From: Zymomonas mobilis subsp. mobilis ATCC 10988
Lineage (GTDB): Bacteria; Pseudomonadota; Alphaproteobacteria; Sphingomonadales; Sphingomonadaceae
Assembly: GCF_000175255.2 (NCBI RefSeq)
Contig: NC_017262.1
Coordinates: 810,001-842,000, forward strand
Direction of reading: 5' to 3'
DNA length: 32,000 bases
Part shown: one piece after another, positions 18,177 to 25,272 of the stretch
How positions within the stretch are numbered: the stretch's first letter is position 1
How the letters are laid out: each line of letters opens with the position of its first letter
The notes under the pieces: model-generated
What the model saw: only the letters and a program-made list of their open reading frames with translations
Told to the model about the DNA's origin: nothing
Databases searched by the model: none
Position numbers and translations under genes: made by a program

Positions 18177-19136
18177 ATGACGGATAATCGCGTTTTAAAG
18201 TTGTTTAAAAAACGACTGACAAAATTGGCTATAGTCGCCGCTATGCTGACCCTGCCCCAACCGCTTTATGCTTGGGGCATGGAAGGCCATGAAGCCATCG
18301 CCGCTTTGGCATGGAAATATATGACGCCGACAACCCGCAAAAAGGTCAATGCTATTCTGGCAATGGATCACGATAGATTGACCGAACCGGACTTCATGTC
18401 TCGCGCCACATGGGCAGATAAATGGCGTTCGGCTGGACATGGTGAAACCGAACCGTGGCATTTTGTTGATATCGAAATCGACAACCCCAATCTTGTCACG
18501 GCTTGTGCAGCGGCCTCCAACCGTTCCAATCCGATGAAAAATGGCGGCGCACAACCTTGCGTCGTCAGTCAGTTAGACCGCTTTGAAAGAGAACTTTCCA
18601 GTAAACAGACCTCCGATCAAGATCGGGTCTTAGCGCTGAAATATGTCCTTCATTTTGTCGGTGATCTTCATCAGCCGCTCCACGCCGCCGATCATGATGA
18701 TCGGGGCGGCAACTGCGTCAAAGTCTCGATCAATAATGCAAGGTCGCTCAACCTTCACAGCTATTGGGATACCTATGTGGTCAAAGAAATTGACCCCGAC
18801 CCGCAACATCTTGCTGATAGCTTGAAGAAGGAAATCTCGCCGGAAGATAAAAAATCTTGGGTTCTCGGTGATAGCAAGCAATGGGCAATGGAAAGTTTCC
18901 AACTCGGTAAACGCTATGCCTACAGCTTCAATCCCCCCGCTGGCTGCGATGCAACACGCCCCCCCATTCCGCTTTCTGCAGGCTATGACTCAGCCGCTCG
19001 AAAAGTCGCCGCTTCACAGCTCAAAAAGGCAGGGGTGCGTCTGGCTTATATCTTAAACCATCGCCTGCGCTCTATTCCGCTTTCCTATTTTCTTCAGGCA
19101 CAAAAACAGGACGCCGCCGCCAATAATAACGGATAA
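18177..19136 (+). CDS. Secreted S1/P1-family zinc nuclease
   Basis: The leader ends ...PLYA|WGMEGHEAIA, giving the mature N-terminal Trp-Gly-x-x-Gly-His zinc ligand block. Also present are HFVGDLHQPLH and DRGGN. It starts 18 nt after the receptor's stop codon. Confidence 0.88.
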   Translation: MTDNRVLKLFKKRLTKLAIVAAMLTLPQPLYAWGMEGHEAIAALAWKYMTPTTRKKVNAILAMDHDRLTEPDFMSRATWADKWRSAGHGETEPWHFVDIEIDNPNLVTACAAASNRSNPMKNGGAQPCVVSQLDRFERELSSKQTSDQDRVLALKYVLHFVGDLHQPLHAADHDDRGGNCVKVSINNARSLNLHSYWDTYVVKEIDPDPQHLADSLKKEISPEDKKSWVLGDSKQWAMESFQLGKRYAYSFNPPAGCDATRPPIPLSAGYDSAARKVAASQLKKAGVRLAYILNHRLRSIPLSYFLQAQKQDAAANNNG

Positions 19137-19165
19137 GCCTGTTTCAATAATTTTCATCTCAATCA

Positions 19166-19215
19166 TTTTATAGAATGGCCCGTATGTTATTCCGACTATG
19201 GGCTATTCTATAAAA
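19166..19215. repeat. Imperfect inverted repeat (16-nt arms, one G/T mismatch, 18-nt spacer) at the GC-to-AT transition
   Basis: TTTTATAGAATGGCCC (19166-19181) against GGGCTATTCTATAAAA (19200-19215). No U run follows on either strand, so it is not a canonical intrinsic terminator. Confidence 0.6.
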
Positions 19216-19434
19216 GCTCGAATCCATGCGTTTATATCCTGCGTATACGTAGGAATTAGGCATTGCATACCCATTTGAATTTTCTCAAAATCTTTTCACT
19301 AACAACATTATATTTTTAGACACATCCAAAAATACACAAACAATACCAATAAAAAAGAAGAAAGAATGCAAAAAATTTATTTATTTATTTAAATATTTTT
19401 ATATAATACTAAAAAAGTAATTTTGAGATTCATC

Positions 19435-20097
19435 ATGATTTATTTTATTTTTACAATAATTATTTTACTATGTTTTGCAGGTATACTTGTTCCTTATATT
19501 AAAGGAGTAAATAGAGGCCATTTTATAGCAGCTACTATAGGTGTAGCATTTTTATATGGAACTTTTACAAGCAACAAAGAAGAACAGAAAAAAGATAGAA
19601 CAATTTCAGAAAACAACACAGAATTTTCTAATAAAGTACAGGTTACACCAAATTCTAATGATAAAAAAGTAGAATCTTCACCATGGGTTTATAGTGAAGG
19701 CAAAGATGAAATGCGTGGAACCACCTCTTATTTTGCATCAATCACCAGCCTAAACAATGTATATTTCCCATTTCCTTATGATACATCATATGCTCATGTA
19801 ATGATTAGAAGAAGACCTAAAGATGGATTGAATATACTATTTTCAGTAGATTCAGGGCAAATACTCTGTCATTCTTTCTCAAGGAGTTTTTTTTCAGTAA
19901 AATTTGATGATAAACCCATTCAAAAATTTAAATGTTCAAGTTCTGATTCAGGTAGATCTGATATATCTTTTATTGAATCTGCAACCTCATTTTTGAAACA
20001 AATAAAAAATTCTAAAAAAATGATTATAGAAGCGCCATTTTATGAATCTGGCAACCAACAATTTACATTTAATACAAAAGATTTAAAATTTGATTGA
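19435..20097 (+). CDS. Hypothetical membrane-anchored protein (orphan, AT-rich)
   Basis: A 220-aa open frame in DNA that I hand-counted at ~12-25% G+C on sampled lines. Stop codons should be frequent in such DNA, so the length argues for real coding. Two N-terminal hydrophobic helices (IYFIFTIIILLCFAGILVPYI and HFIAATIGVAFLYGTF) precede a Lys/Ser/Asn-rich soluble domain. I recognise no family. Start is ATG 19435 or TTG 19423, with a weak RBS. Confidence 0.6.
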   Translation: MIYFIFTIIILLCFAGILVPYIKGVNRGHFIAATIGVAFLYGTFTSNKEEQKKDRTISENNTEFSNKVQVTPNSNDKKVESSPWVYSEGKDEMRGTTSYFASITSLNNVYFPFPYDTSYAHVMIRRRPKDGLNILFSVDSGQILCHSFSRSFFSVKFDDKPIQKFKCSSSDSGRSDISFIESATSFLKQIKNSKKMIIEAPFYESGNQQFTFNTKDLKFD

Positions 20098-20105
20098 ATA
20101 GGATT

Positions 20106-20314
20106 TATAACTGCCGCACAGGCAGCTTAGAAACATAAAATTTATCTATGATGCCTATGATACTGGTTCACTGCCGCGCAGGCAGCTTAGAAAATTAAAG
20201 GAAACCCATTTTCCCGCCTTGTCTTGTTCACTGCCGCACAGGCAGCTTAGAAACTTGATGGAAGTTTACGGGATTACAATACAGTCGTTCACTGCCCCAC
20301 AGGCAGCCTCCAAC
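20106..20314 (+). CRISPR. Type I-F CRISPR mini-array: 4 repeats and 3 spacers, with no adjacent cas genes
   Basis: 28-nt repeats at 20106, 20166, 20226 and 20287. R2 and R3 read GTTCACTGCCGC(G/A)CAGGCAGCTTAGAAA. R1 has TATAA in place of GTTCA. R4 is degenerate (GTTCACTGCCCCACAGGCAGCCTCCAAC). Spacers are 32, 32 and 33 nt. The CTGCC-N5-GGCAG hairpin is intact in all four. The repeat matches the canonical I-F (Cas6f) repeat family. Confidence 0.9.
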
Positions 20315-20436
20315 ATAAAAGCATTTAAAAACAACCACTTAACTACCAATATATTATACCCTTTAAAAAATATTATACATTTTTTCAAAGATTTAGGTTG
20401 ACGAAAGCCAAAAATCCGCGCATTTGCGCTTGAGGT

Positions 20437-20510
20437 GGCTCGATGGCGGAGTGGTTACGCAGAGGACTGCAAATCCTTGCACGCCGGTTCGATTCCGGCT
20501 CGGGCCTCCA
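20437..20510 (+). tRNA. tRNA-Cys (anticodon GCA)
   Basis: Hand-folded 74-nt cloverleaf. The acceptor stem is GGCTCGA/TCGGGCC (one G-T pair). The anticodon stem is GAGGA/TCCTT with loop CT-GCA-AA. The T arm is GCCGG-TTCGATT-CCGGC, and the 3' CCA is encoded. Confidence 0.9.
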
Positions 20511-20866
20511 GATTTCTTTTTATCGGCTGAAGGCAAATGGCCTCACCCTGCCGACATCTCCTAAATTTATCCTCCTAATAGATACATCCTGCCATAATGG
20601 GACAGCTGTCAGCTATCCCCTCAACACCACCGTTCTATTTCAAAACATTCTTTTCGCTTTTCTTCCCACTATCCCGATAATTCTCATATCCTCTCTTTTC
20701 ATCGCTTCGATCGCCCTCTTTTGATATAGATGCGAAACCGCTATATTACGTCTTCACAGGCTGGCGATATGGCCAAAACACAGTCCATAAGCCATCCGTC
20801 TGTTCACGACCTCCCCATTTTCACTTCAACTCTTTTCGATCAAAAGAGAACAGGGTATTTGAAAAT

Positions 20867-21340
20867 ATGACTAAGAAAACACGCGGAACCGCTTTTCTTG
20901 AAAAAGCAGGCATTGCTTTTACCGTTCATCCCTATGACTACGATCCCAAGGCATCAGCCGCTGGATTACAAGCCGCCGAAGCCCTCCAGCAACCCGCCGA
21001 GATCGTCTATAAAACTCTAATGACTGAAGTCGATGGCAAGCCGGTTTGCGTCGTGGTGCAGGTCAATCACGAAGTCTCGATGAAAAAATTGGCTGCCGCA
21101 GCAGGGGGAAAATCAGCCAATATGATTAAACCTGTCGATGCAGAACGGATGACCGGCTATCATGTTGGTGGGATTAGCCCTTTTGGTCAGAAGAAACGCG
21201 TTCCGGTCATCTTTGATGAATCTGCGTTTCAGGCTGAAAAAATCTTTATCAATGGCGGTCAGCGCGGGGTATTAGTCGCTCTTGCTCCCGAAGATGCTCG
21301 TCGCGCTGTTGATGGCAAAATCGCATCGGTCGCCAATTAA
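20867..21340 (+). CDS. ybaK: Cys-tRNA(Pro)/Cys-tRNA(Cys) deacylase, YbaK family
   Basis: 157 aa, with KTLM...VVV, a HVGGISPFG block and a FINGGQRG block, characteristic of the YbaK/ProX editing-domain family. Confidence 0.8.
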   Translation: MTKKTRGTAFLEKAGIAFTVHPYDYDPKASAAGLQAAEALQQPAEIVYKTLMTEVDGKPVCVVVQVNHEVSMKKLAAAAGGKSANMIKPVDAERMTGYHVGGISPFGQKKRVPVIFDESAFQAEKIFINGGQRGVLVALAPEDARRAVDGKIASVAN

Positions 21341-21352
21341 CCTCGATTCTCA

Positions 21353-22936
21353 ATGGCCATAAATAAGGAAAGAGACGAACCCTTTTCTTATTTATGGCAA
21401 ATTCTTTTATTTTTGACTGATCTGCCCTTGCAGAAAAGGACAAGCCTTGCTCAAAGATGCCGCATGACTGTGATGATCGACATGGGAAAAGATCCCAAGG
21501 GACAAGTTGTCCCGATGGATCTCGAAGAATTGCTGGCAACAAGATTGTTGGTTCAGGGTAATTCCGGTTCCGGTAAGTCCCATTTATTGAGGCGGATGCT
21601 GGAAAAAAGCGCCCGTTTTGTGCAACAGATTGTCATTGATCCCGAAGGCGATTTCGTCACCCTCGCAGAACGCTTTCCTCATGTTGCAGTCGAAGCAGCG
21701 GCTTATAATGAATCCGAAATTCGGGTTTTGGCGCAAAGAATTCGTGAACATCGCGTTTCCGTGGTGCTTAATCTCGAAGGTCTTGATGTCGATAACCAGA
21801 TGAAATGCGCGGCGTGGTTTCTGGCAACGCTTTTTGATGCTCCGCGCGATCATTGGTATCCAGCAATTGTCGTTGTGGATGAAGCCCAGATATTCGCTCC
21901 CGCCCAAGCAGGAGAAGTCTCGGACGAAGCACGCCGTCTATCTCTCGCGGCTATGACAAATCTGATGTGCCGTGGCCGGAAAAGAGGCCTTGCCGGTGTC
22001 ATTGCAACCCAACGTCTTGCCAAATTAGCCAAGAATGTTGCCGCCGAAGCCTCAAATTTTCTCATGGGGCGTACTTTTCTTGACATCGATATGGCGCGGG
22101 CAGCCGATTTGCTCGGCATGGATAGAAGACAAGCCGAAAGCATCCGCGATCTTGAAAGGGGCCATTTTCTCGCCCTAGGGCCTGCTTTATGCCGCCGCCC
22201 TATTGCGGTCAAAATTGGGGAAGTCGAGACTAAGAGCCGGACAGGCGGATTTAAACTGATGCCGCTCCCCGACAGCAAAAATAGCAATCCCGAAGATTTG
22301 CTCTTCTCTGAACCAGAAGAACCGGCTTTACCTTTGGCCTCGCCGGAACCACCTCCACCGCCGTCATCCAGTCAATTGATGGAATTGCTACAAAAGGAAA
22401 AGGAAGAAGAGGCGAAAATAGCCGAGGCAGAAGCCGCCGAAAATCCGGTCGATAATAGCCAGAAAGAAGCGCTCATTGATGCCCTACTTTCCAGCATCGT
22501 CGAAGAAGAAGAAAATGCTTACCGTCAAGCCAATCTGCTCTATCCCGAATTTACAATCGGTTGTCGGATGCATGGCCTATCCACTCCGCCTTTGGATTTA
22601 ACCGCCTTCACCAAAAGGCTGACTATCGCCAAGGCAGGGCTTAGCAATGACGACTTACAGGATGAATTGTGGCAACCAGCGCTTAAGGCAGCCAGTATCC
22701 TAGAAGACGATATACAAGCGGTGTTCTTGTTCTTGGCAAAAACCGCCAAAGAAAATGCCCCCTGCCCTGATGATGAAATGATTGCCCGTATTTATGGCAC
22801 GCGCTCGGCTGGGCGTGCCAGACGGCTGATCGGCTATATGGAAAATCAAGGCATTATCGCTATCAGAACCGATTTTGGCGGACGGCGCAGCATTACTCTT
22901 CCGGCTTTAGGCTGGACGACCAGCACAGCCGCCTAA
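21353..22936 (+). CDS. HerA/FtsK-superfamily (DUF87-like) P-loop ATPase with an acidic/Pro-rich linker and a C-terminal putative winged-helix domain
   Basis: Walker A LLVQGNSGSGKSHLL, then VIDPEGDF, Walker B AIVVVDEAQIFAP, then GVIATQRLAKL. Residues ~310-390 are low complexity (EPEEPALPLASPEPPPPPSS...KEKEEEAKIAEAEAAE). The C-terminus IARIYGTRSAGRARRLIGYMENQGIIAIR looks like a wHTH. The start is uncertain: in-frame ATGs lie between 21353 and 21515, and none has a clear Shine-Dalgarno (SD) sequence. Confidence 0.7.
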   Translation: MAINKERDEPFSYLWQILLFLTDLPLQKRTSLAQRCRMTVMIDMGKDPKGQVVPMDLEELLATRLLVQGNSGSGKSHLLRRMLEKSARFVQQIVIDPEGDFVTLAERFPHVAVEAAAYNESEIRVLAQRIREHRVSVVLNLEGLDVDNQMKCAAWFLATLFDAPRDHWYPAIVVVDEAQIFAPAQAGEVSDEARRLSLAAMTNLMCRGRKRGLAGVIATQRLAKLAKNVAAEASNFLMGRTFLDIDMARAADLLGMDRRQAESIRDLERGHFLALGPALCRRPIAVKIGEVETKSRTGGFKLMPLPDSKNSNPEDLLFSEPEEPALPLASPEPPPPPSSSQLMELLQKEKEEEAKIAEAEAAENPVDNSQKEALIDALLSSIVEEEENAYRQANLLYPEFTIGCRMHGLSTPPLDLTAFTKRLTIAKAGLSNDDLQDELWQPALKAASILEDDIQAVFLFLAKTAKENAPCPDDEMIARIYGTRSAGRARRLIGYMENQGIIAIRTDFGGRRSITLPALGWTTSTAA

Positions 22937-22946
22937 CATCAATCAC

Positions 22947-22981
22947 AAGGGCAGATGGCTTTATCTCAACTCTGCCCTTTT
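22947..22981 (+). terminator. Intrinsic terminator after the ATPase gene
   Basis: A perfect 9-bp stem AAGGGCAGA/TCTGCCCTT with a 15-nt loop, running into a short T tract. Confidence 0.6.
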
Positions 22982-23112
22982 ACATAAACAACAAGCTGTT
23001 TTTTCAGATACAGACGACCAACGCTCTTTCGTCCGCTTTCGCAAAAAAAGCCTTTTACCCTATCGCCTTCATCCAGACGCAAATTTGCATCATGCCTTCC
23101 GACATCCTAGCT

Positions 23113-23128
23113 TGTTTCACGTGAAACA
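23113..23128. repeat. Perfect palindrome TGTTTCACGTGAAACA, copy 1 (extends to 18 bp, TTGTTTCACGTGAAACAA)
   Basis: Read directly from the sequence. An identical 16-mer occurs at 25273-25288, and both share the flank CTTGTTTCACGTGAAACA. Confidence 0.9.
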
Positions 23129-23149
23129 ACAGGATCAACAATATTCAAT

Positions 23150-23181
23150 AAAAAAGGCGCCCTCTTCTTAAAGAGAGCACC
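23150..23181 (-). terminator. Intrinsic terminator after the 110-aa hypothetical gene
   Basis: In the minus-strand RNA, GGUGCUCUCUU-UAAG-AAGAGGGCGCC forms an 11-bp stem with two G-U pairs, followed by U6. Confidence 0.8.
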
Positions 23182-23202
23182 CTTCAAACCCATTATCCAC
23201 CA

Positions 23203-23535
23203 TCAATTTTCGCGAAAATATTCCAGAAGCTCTTCCTTAAAATCAGGCATCTTACTGGAAACCATTTCTTTCAACTGGTCGTGTTTAATATCGCTGTGGA
23301 CAAGACGGTTATGCGATATATCGTAAAGGACGCGTCCGGACTCACCTTTAAAAACCACAGGAATTTCGGCAATCACAGCACCACTATCTTCATAAAGAAA
23401 GATATGATCAAGGGCATTAGCGGGTTTAACTGATAGCTGATCTGGGTCATCGACCATATAATTCATATGATCCATAATCTCAGCGGCCATGCGGTGCCTT
23501 ATTCCGGCAGACACTTCCAGTTTTTTATGGGACAT
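23203..23535 (-). CDS. Hypothetical protein (110 aa)
   Basis: An open frame with an AAGGTG RBS 7 nt upstream of the ATG at 23535, and its own strong terminator. I recognise no motif. Confidence 0.6.
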   Translation of the reverse strand: MSHKKLEVSAGIRHRMAAEIMDHMNYMVDDPDQLSVKPANALDHIFLYEDSGAVIAEIPVVFKGESGRVLYDISHNRLVHSDIKHDQLKEMVSSKMPDFKEELLEYFREN

Positions 23536-23724
23536 AACAAGCACCTTTACTCTTTCCGCCCTTTGCCCTCATTTTACTCGACAAAAGGCGTCTTTATGAA
23601 AGGTAATACGTTAATTCAGGCCTTTTTGTTCCCCAAAAACCCAATCCCGATAAAAGTGATCGCCGTCAATGCCGTTTCAAAAGCCGACATAAATTCCTGC
23701 CTTGCCCGATATTTTCACCCGCTT

Positions 23725-25074
23725 TTACTTACCGCTAGGCTTTCCTTTTTTTCTTTCCTGTCGCAAATGCTCCCAAAAAGCTAACCTCTCCGTGATATGC
23801 TTTTCATAACCCCGTATATTCGGTTGATAGAGGGTCACAGGCGGCAAATTCTCCGGCCAGTAATTATCCCCTGAAAAAGCATCGGGCATATCATGGTCAT
23901 AGTGATACCCCTCACCATAACCCTGCTGTTTCATCATCTCGGTTGGTGCATTAAGGATATTGGGTGGTGGCAAGACAGAGCCGCTTTCGCGCGCCAAAGC
24001 CATTGCCTGATTATAGGCCTTATAGATCGCATTGGATTTGGGTGCGGTCGCGACATAGACACAGGCTTGAGCAATCGCCAGCTCGCCTTCTGGCGAGCCT
24101 AAAAGCTGATAAGTCTCTTTAGCCGCAATACACTGCTCCATAGCCCTAGGATCAGCCAAGCCCACTTCTTCATTGGCCATACGGGTCAAACGGCGCAGCA
24201 GGTAAAGCGGGTCTTCACCAGCAACCAGCATCCGCGACAAATAATAAAGCGCGGCCTGCGGATCAGACCCCCTTACTGATTTATGTAGCGCCGATATCAA
24301 ATTATAATGGCCATCCCGATCTTTGTCATAGATCGCCATCCTTTTTTGAAGGATTTGCGCCAATTCTGGCACGGATAAAGATTTTGTCAGATTCATTGCC
24401 AACAGGATTTCTGCCTGATTTAGCAAAAACCGACCATCACCATCAGCCGAAGCGATTAAGGCTTTTCGGGCATCTTCATCCACAGGCAAAAGCTGACCAG
24501 AAACCGTCTCGGCTCTTTCTAGCAACAAGCCCAAGGCCTCTTCATCCAGACGGTTCAGCGTTACCACTTGGGCGCGGGACAACAAAGCCGCATTCAAAGC
24601 GAAAGACGGATTTTCAGTTGTCGCCCCTACCAAGACAAAAGTGCCATTCTCGATATAGGGTAAAAAGCTATCCTGTTGCCCTTTATTGAAACGATGGATT
24701 TCATCAATAAAAAGAAGAGTCTGACGCCCCTGCTGTCGATGATGCTCCGCTTTTAAAAAAATCTTTTTGAGATCGGCAACACCTGAAAAAATGGCCGATA
24801 CCATTTCAAACCGTATCCCGACCGATTCAGCCAAAAGCTGGGCAATACTCGTTTTTCCCGTTCCGGGCGGGCCCCATAAAATCAGAGAGGATAACCGACC
24901 AGCCGCCACCATTCGACCAATAATGCCGTTTTCTCCAGTGACATGCGCCTGCCCGATCACATCAGATAGATGCTTGGGGCGCAAAATATCCGCTAAAGGC
25001 CGATTTTCAGGCAAAGGCTGTTTTTCATTTTCGGTAAAAACAAGCGGCTCTACAGAATTGAATAAATCATCCAT
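23725..25074 (-). CDS. rarA: Replication-associated recombination protein A (AAA+ ATPase)
   Basis: Walker A GPPGTGKTS, Walker B LLFIDEIHRFNK, and the C-terminal MgsA blocks HYNLISALHKSVRGSD and YLLRRL...DVGLADP-like (EEVGLADP). Confidence 0.92.
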   Translation of the reverse strand: MDDLFNSVEPLVFTENEKQPLPENRPLADILRPKHLSDVIGQAHVTGENGIIGRMVAAGRLSSLILWGPPGTGKTSIAQLLAESVGIRFEMVSAIFSGVADLKKIFLKAEHHRQQGRQTLLFIDEIHRFNKGQQDSFLPYIENGTFVLVGATTENPSFALNAALLSRAQVVTLNRLDEEALGLLLERAETVSGQLLPVDEDARKALIASADGDGRFLLNQAEILLAMNLTKSLSVPELAQILQKRMAIYDKDRDGHYNLISALHKSVRGSDPQAALYYLSRMLVAGEDPLYLLRRLTRMANEEVGLADPRAMEQCIAAKETYQLLGSPEGELAIAQACVYVATAPKSNAIYKAYNQAMALARESGSVLPPPNILNAPTEMMKQQGYGEGYHYDHDMPDAFSGDNYWPENLPPVTLYQPNIRGYEKHITERLAFWEHLRQERKKGKPSGK

Positions 25075-25237
25075 CTACCAATCATACAGGGTAAACGCCC
25101 TTTTTGGCTATCGTTAGCACGGGGTTTTTTACAATAAAATCTCTTCCAGAATCGCTCGAGTTATACTCACGACTTCGCTAGCCAATTTCACTCTGAATAG
25201 CCGTCCCGAACCGTGCCCACCTCCAACCCACATAAAC

Positions 25238-25270
25238 AAAAAAAGGCAACGCTCGAATAGAGGCGCTGCC
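25238..25270 (-). terminator. Intrinsic terminator after the DHOD-like gene
   Basis: In the minus-strand RNA, GGCAGCGC pairs with GCGUUGCC (8 bp, one G-U). The loop is 10 nt and U7 follows. Confidence 0.7.
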
Positions 25271-25272
25271 CT

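Noticed and set aside
20046-20073. A possible fifth, leader-proximal CRISPR repeat one period (60 nt) upstream of R1
   Set aside because: Base-by-base comparison with the 28-nt consensus gives only about 9 matches, which is chance level. The hairpin motif CTGCC...GGCAG is also absent.
19137-20510. Classic tRNA-integrated genomic island or prophage remnant
   Set aside because: There is no integrase, and I found no direct repeat of the tRNA 3' end. The AT-rich patch also lies on the 5' side of tRNA-Cys, whereas integrases normally target the 3' end. I therefore report it as a compositional anomaly of unclear origin rather than as a mobile element.
20219-20724. ORFs 20219-20401 (60 aa) and 20443-20724 (93 aa)
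   Set aside because: The first reads straight through CRISPR repeats and spacers. The second begins inside tRNA-Cys, and its N-terminus MAEWLRRGLQILARRFDSGSGL is just the translated tRNA.
21850-22287. 145-aa minus-strand ORF inside the ATPase gene, and 107-aa ORF at 21584-21907
   Set aside because: Both are antisense to the Walker-motif-bearing frame. The translations are Arg/Ser/Ala-rich, typical of antisense frames in GC-richer coding DNA.
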